Shown here in pieces: positions 25,441 through 37,899 of a DNA stretch of 64,000 nucleotides. The stretch is from Takakia lepidozioides (lineage: Eukaryota; Plantae; Bryophyta), in assembly GCA_030704615.1 (NCBI GenBank), contig CM060732.1, forward strand, positions 10,788,001-10,852,000. The letters are read 5' to 3'. The stretch's first letter is position 1, and every line of letters begins with the position of its first letter. Made by a program: the position numbers and the translations under genes. Under the pieces are notes generated by a model, which was given only the letters and a program-made list of their open reading frames with translations, did no database searches and was not told where the DNA came from.

Positions 25441-25719
25441 CTGCATCTGAAATACTAAGTATAAACATTATATTTTCAAGGTTGCTGATGGAGCACTACA
25501 CCAAACAGCTGTCTGCACTTGAAAGACATAATATGAGAAATCACCACAACTCAGTACCTTCACAGCTTGCTCAATCCAAATCGGCGTCTGAAGGAGAATG
25601 CCAGTCGACTTGAAAAGAGATCTCTGGTGTCGGGAATATACATTTACGCCCTAAACCCTTGAAGGGGGAAGCGCCTCCCTACTTTAGATACGTAACAAAA
25701 AGGGTGGGGCGGCGCCTGT

Positions 25720-25728
25720 AAACCCTAA
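25720..25728 (+). promoter_or_regulatory. Telo-box AAACCCTAA upstream of the TFIIIA-like gene
   Basis: Exact motif ~280 bp upstream of the first recognisable exon; typical of ribosome-biogenesis promoters but short. Confidence 0.35.
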
Positions 25729-26311
25729 TATCTGTCCAATGCGCTTCAACTTTTATATCCTTGTCGTTGAGCTCCGGAGGAGCATTTGGGTTCTGTATGA
25801 ACACTTTGGTCTTTACCATTTCACTGTTAAACGATGGGTGCTGGAGAGAACTTAGTACGCAGATCTATTAAGTTGGAAACCTCCAGCAGCAAACTCTTGG
25901 ACAATGCCAAACTTGTGGGTTTTTTCATGTCTCAAAGAATTCACAGCTGAATTGTTGAAGAGATGAAGGGAGTGAGAGGTTAGAACTGATCCTCATCGAT
26001 CACAATGCCGCCAGCTGCTCGACTTCACACGAGTGAACACAAAGACCATCAAATTGCAGCCTGCACTCAACCCCTGTTATTGGCCATTGTGGTCCATGTT
26101 CAAAGATCACACAGAGCCAGATGAAAATAACCTGCGATGAGTTCACCTCCCCAATGTGTGTCTCAATTTAGGGCTCAAACCCTCTCATGTGCTGCAGAAA
26201 TATTCAGAGCGGCAGACCCCAGAGATGGTGTCTGTGCCTTATGATATGCACTGTAAATGCGTGACTTCGACACTACTGTACACTAAGCAAACATACTGAG
26301 GTTGAAATACT

Positions 26312-28074
26312 AGGCCCGCGCACATGCACTTTTGCAAACTCCCGTTCGCCTGGCGAATTCGCCACTGGCGGGCCCCACGTCAAGGGAGCGGGGCGAAGGG
26401 CCGTACCCGGCACATGCAGCAAACGGTTGGTGGCCCTGTCGTTTTTTTCCCTTTTGGAGTTGGTTTTTACCAGTGTTGGCCGGGCATGGCATCTAGACAT
26501 GCATATCCGGCGGTTATTTGCCGGTTATACACATATCCATAACCGGAGCCCCCCAGGAACCGGTTATGGAAAAGAACTGGCAAAAGCCAGTGAGCTTCCT
26601 AACCGGTTCCATAACCGGCAAAGCTAGTGAGCTTCCTAACCGGCGAGTTTGGGTAGCGTGTGAGCATGCTCATGTGAGCACAAGGGCATATTCCTCGAAT
26701 TTCCACGAAATTTCCACAGCGAAACGAACTTGGCAAAATTAAACATTATGCGAAACTAACACATGAAGAACAAGTAGCCCTTATACCTAATGAACATATT
26801 ACCCTATAGGCGTGGTTTTCTCCATAACAGGCGCGAGAGTGTGCATTGAGATTTCACCTCAAATTGTAGGTCCTCGCCCATAGCTAATTTCTCACAGGAA
26901 CAATCTGTACCAAATAGCCTGAGAAGAAATCACACTGAAGGATAACTTCGCACAGCGAAAGTTTGTACCAACCAGCCTGAATTGGATGTGGGATTGTTGG
27001 GTGATGGGATTTCGTATAGAAAGTTTCGACTCAAGCTATATCAGTAAGGGTTTCTCAATGCGAAACCCACCGTTGCATAGGTTTGTGCCCATATCACCAA
27101 GTCTTTCTCAAATACTAGTTAAGGGTTTCTCTATGCGAAACCCACCGTTGCATAGGTTTGTGCCCATATCACAAAATACCAGTAAGGGTTTCTCAATGCG
27201 AAACCCACCGTTGCATAGGTTTGTGGTCATATCACCAAGTAGCAGTAAGGGTTTCTCAATGTGAAACCCACTGCTGTATAGGTTTGTGTCCATATCACCA
27301 AGTACTAATAAGGGTTTCCCAATGCGAAACCCACTGCTGTATAGGTTTGTGTCCATATCACCAAGTACTAATAAGGGTTTCCCAATGCGAAACCCACTGC
27401 TGTATAGGTTTGTGCCCATGTCACCAAGTATTTCTCAAATATCAGTAAGGGTTTCTCAATGCGAAACCCACCGCTGCATAGGTTTGTGCCCATATCACCA
27501 AGTCTTTCTCAATGCGAAACTCATCGCTGCCATAAGTTTAAGTTAGGGTTTCTTGCTACACTACTAAAGTTTCCGCCTCGCTGAATTGGTGCAGATGTAC
27601 CATATATATGCACCGATCATCTATACCCGCTTATGATTTTTTCCGTTTTGGAAACTATAACTCCAATGACCGAGGTTAAAAAAATATAAAACTCCCATGA
27701 CCGTGGGTTGTGCTCACGCGATACCAACCCCCCTAACCGGCTAGAGAACCGACATCATGATTGTAAGGGTGTTATACCCGGAGCAAGATCCGGAGCAAAT
27801 GTGGATGGCGTAGAGGCGGTTCTAGATAATACGGTGTAAGGGTTGGTGATGGTAGCTAAGAACATGACAATGGAGAGATCATGAGTGGAATGTTATGTCT
27901 TACTACTAACAATACGCTTACAATGGTTGGGGAGATTAGGTGTACAACATTGAGAATGTCGAAGTAGAGAGGAAATTAATTAGTTGGACATTTGGCTAAA
28001 ACAATAGTTGTAAGTTGTAAGCGTATTACATGGGCAGAGCTCCCAGCCTGAAGGCAGAGAGATAGATGACAGGT
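26312..28074. mobile_element. Probable DNA-transposon end segment, possibly the left part of the Harbinger that continues after 57018
   Basis: Abrupt start GGCCCGCGCACATGCAC after CTA; ACCGG-rich repeats also present at 57.1-57.35 kb; other end not seen. Confidence 0.35.
27043..27520. repeat. Minisatellite, ~7 copies of a 63-75 bp unit
   Basis: AAGGGTTTCTCAATGCGAAACCCAC...ATAGGTTTGTG.CCATATCACCA repeated. Confidence 0.9.
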
Positions 28075-28269
28075 GTTGAAATCCCGGTTATCAGCGTCAC
28101 GTCCATCCGTCAGCGTCAGGTCACGTCAGACCTGACGCTGACGGGACCTCCGTCACGTCAGGTTCGGGGAATATTCTGATAAAAATAGTATCAGGTAAAA
28201 TACTGCCACTTAAGCAGCCACGTCGCCGACACAGTGGCAGTGACAAATACATTTTGAAAATTAACAAAA

Positions 28270-29390
28270 TGAACACGACCGCCAATTCGCTTTGTTTTTT
28301 CGAAATTAAAAAAGAAATAGCGACCGCCGTATTGACGGTCGCTTCAATTTTTATTTTTTTTAAAGCAAGATTGGCGGTCGCACTAGCGGTCGCCTTATTT
28401 TTCGAAATAGAAAAAGAAATAGCGACCGTCATATTGGCGGTCGCTTCAAATGTTTTTTTTTTCAAAGCAAGATCGGCGGTCGCACTGGCAGTCGCCTTAT
28501 TTTTTGAATTAAAAAAACAAATAGCGCCGCTTTGTTGGCGGTCGCTTCAATTTATTTTTAAAAAAAACAAGATTGGCAGTCGTATTGGCGGTCACCTAAT
28601 TTAGAAAAGAAAACAAGTGACTGCCGTATTGGCGGTCGCACTGTGGCAAATACATTTTTGAAAATTAACAAAATGAACACGACTGCCAATTATGGCGGTC
28701 ACTTTGTTTTTCGAAATTAAAAAAGAAATAGCGACCGTCGTATTGGCGGTCGCTTCAATTTTTATTTTTTTAAAAGCAAGATTGGCGGTCGCCTTATTTT
28801 TCGAAATAGAAAAATAGCGACCGCCATATTGGCGGTCGCTTCAAATGTTTTTTTTTAAAAGCAAGATTGGCGATCGCACTGGCGGTCGCCTTATTTTTCG
28901 AATTAAAAAAACAAATAGCGACCGCTATGCTGGCGGTCGCTTTCAATTTATTGTTTTAAAAAAACAAGATTGGCGATCGTATTGGCGGTCGCCTAATTTT
29001 AAAAAGAAAACAAGCGATTGCCGTATTGGCGGTCGTACGGTGGCAAATATATTTTTGAAAATTAACAAAATGAACACGACCGCCAATTATGGCGGTCGCT
29101 TTGTTTTTCGAAATTAAAAAAGAAATAGCGACCGCCGTATTGGCGGTCGCTTCAATTGTTTTTTTTAAAAGCAAGATTGGCGGTCGCACTGGCGGTCGCT
29201 TTATTTTTCGAATTAAAAAAAGAAATAGCGACCGCTATCTTGGCGGTCGCTTAAATTTAAAAATATACAAAATAGAAATGATCGCAATATTGCACAAAAT
29301 GAAAGGAAATAAAAGCGACCGCAGTAGTGGCGGTCGATTGTTTTTCATTAAAAAAAAAATACGGACCGTAGTATTAGTGGTCGCTTAATT
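28270..29390. repeat. Left subterminal array of GCGACCGCC-N6-GGCGGTCGC palindromes in A/T tracts
   Basis: Directly visible; includes a higher-order repeat starting TTTTGAAAATTAACAAAATGAACACG at ~28252, 28656, 29052. Confidence 0.9.
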
Positions 29391-29818
29391 TCAAAATTAC
29401 AACAAATATGGTTGTACAGTCTTTTTTGGGTGGGCGCTATAGGTTCGTCATTTATTCATTTCACTTTCATTTCACTTTCATCCCTCTTGGATCATATATA
29501 AAGGAGGAGGGTCACCAAGCTCCTCACTTCTTTTGGCGCAAACACTTGAGGTAGCTTTAGATGTTCTCTTCCATTGAACGAGAGTGTAGCCAAGAGGAGG
29601 GTGCGCACCTTTTGTCGTTGTGGCTTCCACCAAAGCCACTTCAGCAGATTGTGTATAAGCTCAACACTACAACTCACATCGACCCACTTGGGTTGCTGAC
29701 ATGTGTAGAAGTGTTGGGCTATCGCATTGCACTCTACATTCACAACACGTTCATTTATAGGTGACTGTTTTTTGTTGCTTGCGTCGCTAGGTCACAGGGG
29801 AGTGGATATTGGGTGAAG

Positions 29819-32800
29819 ATGATGGAGGAATGGAGCCCTTGGTATACGGCAATCCCGAACACTATCAGTGCCACTAGTAGTGTTGAGTACAACCTATGTG
29901 GATTAAAGCTTTCTTATCGTAAGGATCGGTTGCTCGCTCACCTCAGTTATAAAGGTGTGAAGAGCGCTGGGGTAAAAAACCATTTTGCCCAGTGTGGAGG
30001 CAATATTCCAATGTCTTTGGATCTGGACATGACCTCTGAGCAGAACACTCCATCTTCCCGTCAAGATGCCCTGATTAGTACCCATGGCGACTCTTGTGAG
30101 GCTTCGGGTGTCCTTGGATAAGTGGGTTGTGCCGGAGCAACACCTGCTTCAACACCTCTTTGTACCCCTACACTTCAATGGAGTAGAGGATTATGGCAGC
30201 AATCCATGCAAGAAAATCTTAACTTGTCTGCAAAAAGACAGTTGGATAAAAAATAGGAGCAGTTTTTCTTCAAGGCCAACATACCATTTAATGTGGCAAG
30301 ACTTCCGGCATTTGTTTCTGCTGTTAGAGCAACCTTGGAGTCCAGATCCACGTACGTGCCTCCGACTTATCACAATCTCCACACAGGATTGCTAGAAGAC
30401 GCCATGACCGAGCTTACCCAAAGGGTCAACGATAGGACGGGCGAGTGCATCAGAAAATATGGAAGCACTATATGTGCCGATGGTTGGAGTTCTGTCACAA
30501 ACATACCGTTATTCAATGTCATGCTCATATGTCCAGCTGGGGAACAATTCTTGGGATCGGTCGACACTAGCGGCGAGAAGAAATATGGACGTTATCAATG
30601 CCAACTATTGACGGACTTCATCGAACAGGTCGGAAGTATAGAATCGTGCAAATATGCACAGACAATGCCGCTAACATGATAAACACTGCAGACATGTTGT
30701 TGGCACATTATCCCCATATGTACTATCAAGGTTGTGCTGCTCATATCTTTGACCTCCTTTTGGAAGATTGGGGAAAAGAACAGTGGGTGAAACAACTTGT
30801 CAAGCGAGCGAAGATTGTTGTGTCGTTCATCTACACACACCACATCCCTTTGGCAATATATAGGAGACTTCAACCCAAATACAGCTTCCGCAATCCAGAC
30901 GAAACTCGTTTTGCCACTAACTTCTTGATGGTGGATCGATTGGTGACGGTGAAAAGCAGTCTGGAGCACACCATCATCGATCCTCAATAGGATGCGTACA
31001 CACGGACATTGCGGGACTCCAGAAAAACCAAGTCATTGGGCAAAAGTCGAAAAGTTTGAAATAGCATTCGCAGCGATGATTTCTGGAAGAAATGTGAAAA
31101 CTTTGTTTATATGGTTGAGCCGGTGTTAATCGTCTTGTGGGAGTTTGATGGAAAGTAACTAGTAATGGGCAAGGCATGGTTACTAATGCAAAATCTTGAT
31201 AAGCACGTCCAATCCTTGAGGCATCCTCCCTTCCCTTCTTTTTGGAACCTGAACTTGCGACAGTGCTGAGGATGCATTTTACGACCGTCGGTCGATGGTT
31301 TCAACGGACTTGCATTATGCGGGGGTTTTGCTCAATCCATTCTTGCTCAACAATACCATGCTCCGAGACGACGCTGATGCCAAGGCCGGCCGAGTGCGAG
31401 TGCTCATACGACTGGCTCCGCCGAACCATGCAGAGAGAGCTATATCCGAGTACCAATGCTTCTCAAATCGCTGCGACCATTTTGAGGACATGTCGGATCC
31501 AAAAGAGCTCAATATGCTGCCACATGAATGGTGGGGTCTGATTGGAGCTGGAGCAGGAACATTGGCTCCCATTGCGAAGCGTATTCTTGCTCAAGTGTGC
31601 TCTGCCTCATCTTGCGAACGCAATTGGAGCAGTTACTCATTTGTTCACAACAAGATTCGCAAACAGGTTTGAATCCCGCGAGGGCTGACAAATTGGTGTA
31701 TGTGTATACCAATTGCCGACTGCTACGTGAGATGTCAGCGAATGATACTGCAACATGGTATGAGAGGAATTTGCATTCCGAAGACTCTGCTTCTGAGGCT
31801 AATTCGATGAGTGACGATACAGAGCCTCAGAGAGAATCATTTCAGAGGGAATCATCTGCCTCCGATAGTGAAGATGGATCCGATGATGCTCCCTCCCGAA
31901 AATGCGTATGACCCGTTTACATTCACAGATGATGATGTTTATATCCAGCCGACCTTTGATGACCTTCTTGAAGAAGTGCGTATCGCAGATGAAGGTGAAG
32001 CTGCAATTGTGTCATCCCCAGAACATGGTCCTCAAAATGAAGTTGGGATCGACCCTCGCCCCCCACTACACGCTAAAGCCACCGGTAGTGCCCCAATGAA
32101 GCTTAGGGGTGATGTACTGCCAGGACCGATCGACGTACGCAACCCTATTCATACAAATGATGGTGTCAAACCCATTGTACAGTCGACGGGACGAGATCAT
32201 GCCTCACCGATACGACCAGCTCCACCACAATGCCAAAACCGATCCAGCTCCCCATCAACACAGCGGGCATTAAGGAGCAACAAGGTTGATCTGTTTTCCA
32301 CACGCATGCATCATTCTGCTGCATTGAACCGGGCGGAAGTTGAAGCCTTGGATGATGACAACTTGCTACTACAATTCCACCTTAACCAACGTGTTGCGCA
32401 GCAGACCCGTGGTTCCTCACAGGCCGGACCATCTAATGTCGGTCCATCTCGGGCAGTCCCCCCTCCGGTACCTCCTTCGAGACCACCTTCGATTGCGTCC
32501 CAAGTCCATAAACGACAGAGAACAGTCCAACATTTTGTAAGCGATCGGCCCACAAACAGACCAGATACCGTGGATGATATTCAAGACCGGAGCGGGAGTC
32601 GACCTCAGATAGAACTAAATGTGGTTCGAGGTCGCTTGCAGATTCAAGGCCTGGACATATGAGGTCGGATAGGGAGGATGATTCCAGCACTGATCATGGC
32701 AACGGTGGTGAAGTTGAGGGTGACCCGGATTTTCAACCCATCGGAGCATTAGGATTAGGATCTTCTTCATCCCGCCGTCGAAGCAGTAGAAGGAATTGAA
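29819..32800 (+). pseudogene. hAT transposase (degenerate BED finger, DUF659-type region, dimerisation domain) with low-complexity C-terminal extension
   Basis: ANIPFNVA, STICADGW, QICTDNAANM, CAAHIFDLLLED, TRFATNF, SASSCERNWS, ADKLVYVYTN; stops and frameshifts. Confidence 0.92.
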
Positions 32801-33072
32801 GCAAAACAGCTGTAGGCATGCATCAGCACTTTTTAGTGGACATGTTTATATTTCTATACTGAAGTAATACCAATGTGATCATTGTCACTATGAGTATTTG
32901 TATTGTTGTTGTGTATGTGTTGGAAAATAAAAGATGTTGCTCATGTGTATACCAGCCAAAATGTCGGCCAAAGGCACCGTCACTTGCTCATGTTTGTGTT
33001 CGGTGATTTGCTTGTGGAATTGAGAACAATTGTGCTATGCTACCAACTGTGCATTCATTTTTATTTAAATTG

Positions 33073-34545
33073 AGCGACCGCCAAGGTGGCGGTCGCTTCT
33101 ACGAAGTGTGACCTACGCATGGAGCGAGGAATGAGGCGGGGGGAGGGGGGCATATAAGCACCGGGACATTCTCCCCTCACTTCGCTTGAAGTTTTTTTTT
33201 TTTTTTAATAAATGCAGTGACCGCCATTTGTGGCAGTCCTTTTTTTTTTTCTTAAACGGAACGACCGCCATGGTGGCGGTCGCTTCTACGAGGTCGGCCT
33301 GCGCGTGGAGCGAGGAATGAGGGGGGGGAGGGGGGGGGGGGGCATATAAGCCCCCAATCATTCTCCCCTCATTTCCATTACGGCGAGTTTTATTTTTACA
33401 GAATGCAGCAACCGCCATTTCTGGCGGTCGCTGTGATGGTTATTTTTTAAGATGCAGCAACCGCCACTACTGGCGGTCGTTTTTATTTTTTTATTTTTGG
33501 AAATGGGACGACCGCCATTACTGGTGGTCGTTTTTTATTTAAATTATTTTGGAAATGAAGCGACCGCCTATGTTGGCGGTCGCTTATTTATTTTAAATGT
33601 TTTGAAAATGAAGCGACCGCCTATGCTGGCGGTCGCTTTTTTATTTTAAATGTTTTGAAAATGAAGCGAACGCCTATGCTGGCGGTCGCTTATTTATTTT
33701 AAATGTTTTGCTTATTTATTTTATTTATTTATTAAATGAAACGTTGGCGGTCGCTTATTTTTTTTAAAGTTTTTGAAAATGAAGCGACCGCCTATGTTGG
33801 CGGTCGCTTATTTATTTAAAATGTTTTGAAAATGAAGCGACCGCCTATGCTGGCGGTCGCTTGTTTTTTTTTATTTTTTTTAAATGAAGCGACCGCCTAT
33901 GTTGGCGGTCGCTTATTTTTTATTTTTTTTAAATGAAGCGACCGCCTACGTTGGCGGTCGCTTATTTTTTTTAAGTTTTTGAAAATGAAGCGATCGCCTA
34001 TGTTGGCGGTCGCTTATTTATTTTAAATGTTTTGAAAATGAAGCGACCGCCTATGCTGGCGGTCGTTTTTTTTTTTTTTTTTAAAAGTTTTTGAAAATGA
34101 AGCGACCACCTATGTTGGCGGTCGCTTTATATTTTTAAATGTTTTGAAAATGAAGCGATCGCCTATGCTGGCGATCGCTTATTTTTTATTTATTTTTTAA
34201 ATGAAGTGACCGCCTATGCTGGCGGTCGCTTATTTTTTTTAATTTTTTTAAAATGATGCGACCGCCTATGTTGGCGGTCGCTTATTTATTCTAAATGTTT
34301 TGAAAATAAAGCGACCGCCAATGCTGGCGGTCGCTTATTTTTTTATTTATTTTTAAATGAAGCGACCGCCTATGTTGGCGGTCGTTTTTTTTGTTTTTTT
34401 TCCCGGGAAATGGAGCGACCGCCTGTTCTGGTTTTTTTTTTTTTTTTTTTTTTCCCGGAAAATGGAGCGACCGCCAGTTCTGGCGGTCGCTTATTTTTTT
34501 ATTTTCCGGAAAATCGAGCGACCGCCAAGTTGGTGGTCGCTTCTA
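33073..34545. repeat. Internal array of ~20-25 AAGCGACCGCC-N6-GGCGGTCGCTT hairpins at ~50-55 bp period
   Basis: Directly visible; same motif as at 28.3-29.4 kb and 56.4-56.8 kb. Confidence 0.92.
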
Positions 34546-34883
34546 GAAATGAGGGCGGGGGGGATATAAGCCAAGGGAGGCTTATTCTCCCCTCACTTTC
34601 TCTCTACACAACTTCTGTGTGCGTGTCATTTCATTATTCCACGACACGTAATCACGTGGAGAAGGAGGCCATTGGTTGGGTGGGGGATTTTTTTGCCGCG
34701 ATTTCTGTGAGGTCGTTGCAAAATGCTCTCATAGGCCCTCCTCTGGCTTCCAGGATCATTTTATTCTACAAAATTAGCTTTTAGAAAGTATTTTGACACC
34801 TACTCAAACCTACTTAACAGGGGAAGGGTTTAGAGTTACGTCTTTTAGAAAACCTCGTTTAGTGTTGCTCCGATTGTTGTAGA

Positions 34884-35774
34884 ATGGCAGAGGGTCAGGC
34901 CGATGACCGTCATGGAAGAGATGACCCCAATGAACATGGACCGCCCCCTAAGAAAATCAAAGGGTCAAGGCAAGATTTGAATTGGGAAGTATTTGGTGAC
35001 CCTAGCATACTAGCAGAAGAGGGTTGGGTGGTTGTTCCGGAAGAGTTCCGGTGGCCGATGGCGAGATGCAAAAAATTCGTGAAATGGTACCACATCAATC
35101 GATTGTGGCCTTTGGATAGGCATGACGTGCAAACCCGAAACAATTACGCAGAGTCCAGGTCTTGCAGGAACTTGCATTTCCAGCATAGGGCGAATGAGGT
35201 GCATTGCACATTGTGGGGTCAAACTCCCTGAAAGGGTCAAATCTCGTACACCTTGGCAGCCATGTTGTACGTAGAGGTCATACTCTTGCGTCCAGTGAAT
35301 TGGCAAACTGCTAGTAGGAGGAACGCAAGGTTGCTATACGATTTGGAGTACATCCCGGACACGTTCGGAATACAACCGGCTGCAACGTTAGAGGAACAAC
35401 TGGCGGAAAGAGACCAGCGAATCAGGACCCTGGAGGACCGACTAGACTGGCAAACACTGCGCATAGTCGAGTTGGAAGCTATATTGCAAGACATGCCTCT
35501 AAACAATGAAGGCACTTTTGTCCACAATGAGGATCGAACAAACGTCGTTGACATGGACGCGGAGTTTGCGATGCCCGATCGCAGTATTGACCTTATCATT
35601 CAGGAAGTTACGGACGTCCTTGACCCTGTGGCCACTGAAACCATGGTTGAGGAACAACGAATTGCGGATGAGAGAAGGAGGAAAGGAAAAGAACCAGTAC
35701 TGGAAACCGGGGAATGCTCGAGGGTTATCTTCGCTCACTATTGCAGAACTCTTTATGAAGAGTGCATGAAGTAG
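34884..35774 (+). pseudogene. Unknown hAT cargo ORF (~296 codons, one internal TGA) with coiled coil
   Basis: ORFs 34884-35231 and 35253-35774 are in the same frame; NLS-like PPPKKIK; LEEQLAERDQRIRTLEDRL. Confidence 0.6.
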
Positions 35775-36302
35775 AACACAAATCAAGTTTGGAGTGCAAA
35801 ACAGGGAAGAAACTGTGGTTTTGGATCCAAATGAATTTTGATCGCTCCCAAATTTGGCACACACGTTGCATATGGCTACATTACACGCCTCATTCAAAAA
35901 CGGAATGAAAAACAAATCGTGAGCACGCGACACACAGTCGAACAGCTCCCAAAGCAATAGCAGCTCCAACAGAATACATTCAACGGGTGAACGGATGGTT
36001 CAATGGGCCAACGGATGGTTGCCCATCCAAATGATTTTCGTTCGCTTTGAAACTTTGCCAGTGTGTTCAATGTACCCTCTGATACGTCCTAGTGTAATAT
36101 GAGATCAATCGAAAATCATTCGATTGTCCAATGAGGCGTTCACTTGTCATCTGGTTTTGTTCAATGCGAAAAAGAAATCCTGCAATGCGTGCACGGCTAT
36201 TGCACCCATTGAACGGATGTGGTTGAAGCCCCTCCGCAAGTGCCTGAACATGTGTGCAACACATTTGCGGAGACACAATAGACGAATAAATCATTTGTCT
36301 CA

Positions 36303-37319
36303 TGTCGAGCGGCTTTTACTCACCCATCCCTTCGCTATCCGAGGTGGGAACTCCAAGATAGAAGAGTTGGAAATCTCTAAGCACTCAGCCCGCTCAGAAC
36401 AATCAGTCATGACCTACAACTAGTGTATCAATGGGGGTGTTTCCTATTTGTACTCCTTCCCGCATTCATGTTAGCGAGTTACCTTACTATCTGCAATTAA
36501 GTATCAGTTTGCTTCATAAATCTATCAAGTTCCATCCATTCATTCCACAGCTTCACTCAGGTCTCTCTACACAGTATGAGTATGAATTATGTATCAGATT
36601 AATATCTATCAAGTATCAGACTGAAGTCATGGTGTCTCTCATCTACCTACTTACAATTCTCTTCTACGCTTGCATTCATCAAGTAACAACAGATCGTCTC
36701 TTCTTCTACTCCGTGCTCTCCCTCTTTCTACTCAGAGATGCTCTCTCCATTCATTTTCCCCCGTGATCCAGAAGTCCTCCCCCCAAGTAGTGATGTCTCA
36801 ACGTCCCGCTCTTCGCTTTTTCTACCTACAAGCTGTTCTAACCGCTTTCCTAACTAACCGTCATCCCTGTAGTAACACACGTTCTTTTTTCAAGATGTCG
36901 TTCCCCCCCTCCACTGTCATTATTCCCTGCCAATGTAACTGTCCCTCCCTCCCTCCCCACTGTGCCCGAGCTGTGATTGGCTGTTGTTGGGCTGTGTCGA
37001 CTGTGCGAAGCTGTGACGGCTTTGTCGTGACTGTGTCGGCTGTGTCGGCTGTGATGGACTGTGTTGGGCCTGTTTTATCTGGGCGAAGCTGTGACGGGCT
37101 GTGTTGGCTGTGACTTGCTGTGTTGGACTGTGACGGGCTTGTGACGCATGTGTCCCGGGTTGTAATGGACTGTGTTGGGCTGTGTATCTCCCCCCCTAAA
37201 GCTTGTTGCTGTCACCCATAAGCTCCTGGCTTCCTGTGGTCTCAGTCTGTGTAAAAATTAAGGGTACCCCCCACAGATCCCGTAAAAGCGCCTAAGTCCC
37301 AAGCAGCCCCTCTATAACA
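36303..37319 (-). repeat. 3' LTR with GCTGTG-type minisatellite
   Basis: Direct repeat of 48063-49088. Confidence 0.92.
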
Positions 37320-37899
37320 TTTACCCATCCCCCTCTCAAAAAAGCCGTGTCCTCACGGTGTTTTACTATTTAGGATTGGAAACCTTTGTGAGCGAGCACT
37401 CTTCTTGCTGACGATTAGAGTCTCTTGAAGGATTCCTTCCTTGTGCGAGCTCGAGTCGAGTCCTTTTCACTGGTTGACGGAGATGAGTGAACACTACCTG
37501 GAAATGTCAGTCCCTCCTTTGGCTGATATCGAGGTAATCGCTCAGGCATAGGAGACCCCCCGTCGCTTCTTTCTTCTGCTGCCATCTGAATTGCATAGTC
37601 CTCTGCCATGTCAAAAGAGTCCGCTGAAGAAACAGTCGTACTAGATCCTCACTCGTCCCCCCTGAGGTGTTTTAATTAACGGGTCCGAACTCTAACTAAC
37701 TAAAATTCACTGGGGCATACAATGTTGTCTCCACCATGTCTGGAAGTTTTTAAACTGCACAAAACTTGATGTAAGTAAGCGGCTGAATGCAAAATTGGTG
37801 AAGAACCCTGTGAGACCCTGAACTCCTTGTTTGTAAGGTGAGTGGTGTTCCAATGACTTGTGAATTGGTGCAAATATTTTCCATGCCTCATGTCCTTTA

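Noticed and set aside
26300-26310. GGTTGAAATAC also matches 57010-57020, suggesting an alternative larger TSD
   Set aside because: No inverted terminal match at 26311, whereas 28083 has a TIR, an 8-bp TSD and matching subterminal arrays. It remains a small caveat on the hAT boundary.
33550-34545. CRISPR-like repeat-spacer pattern (also 1-1102 and 28.3-29.4 kb)
   Set aside because: Spacers are mutually similar A/T tracts or cycle periodically; no cas genes; eukaryotic TE context.
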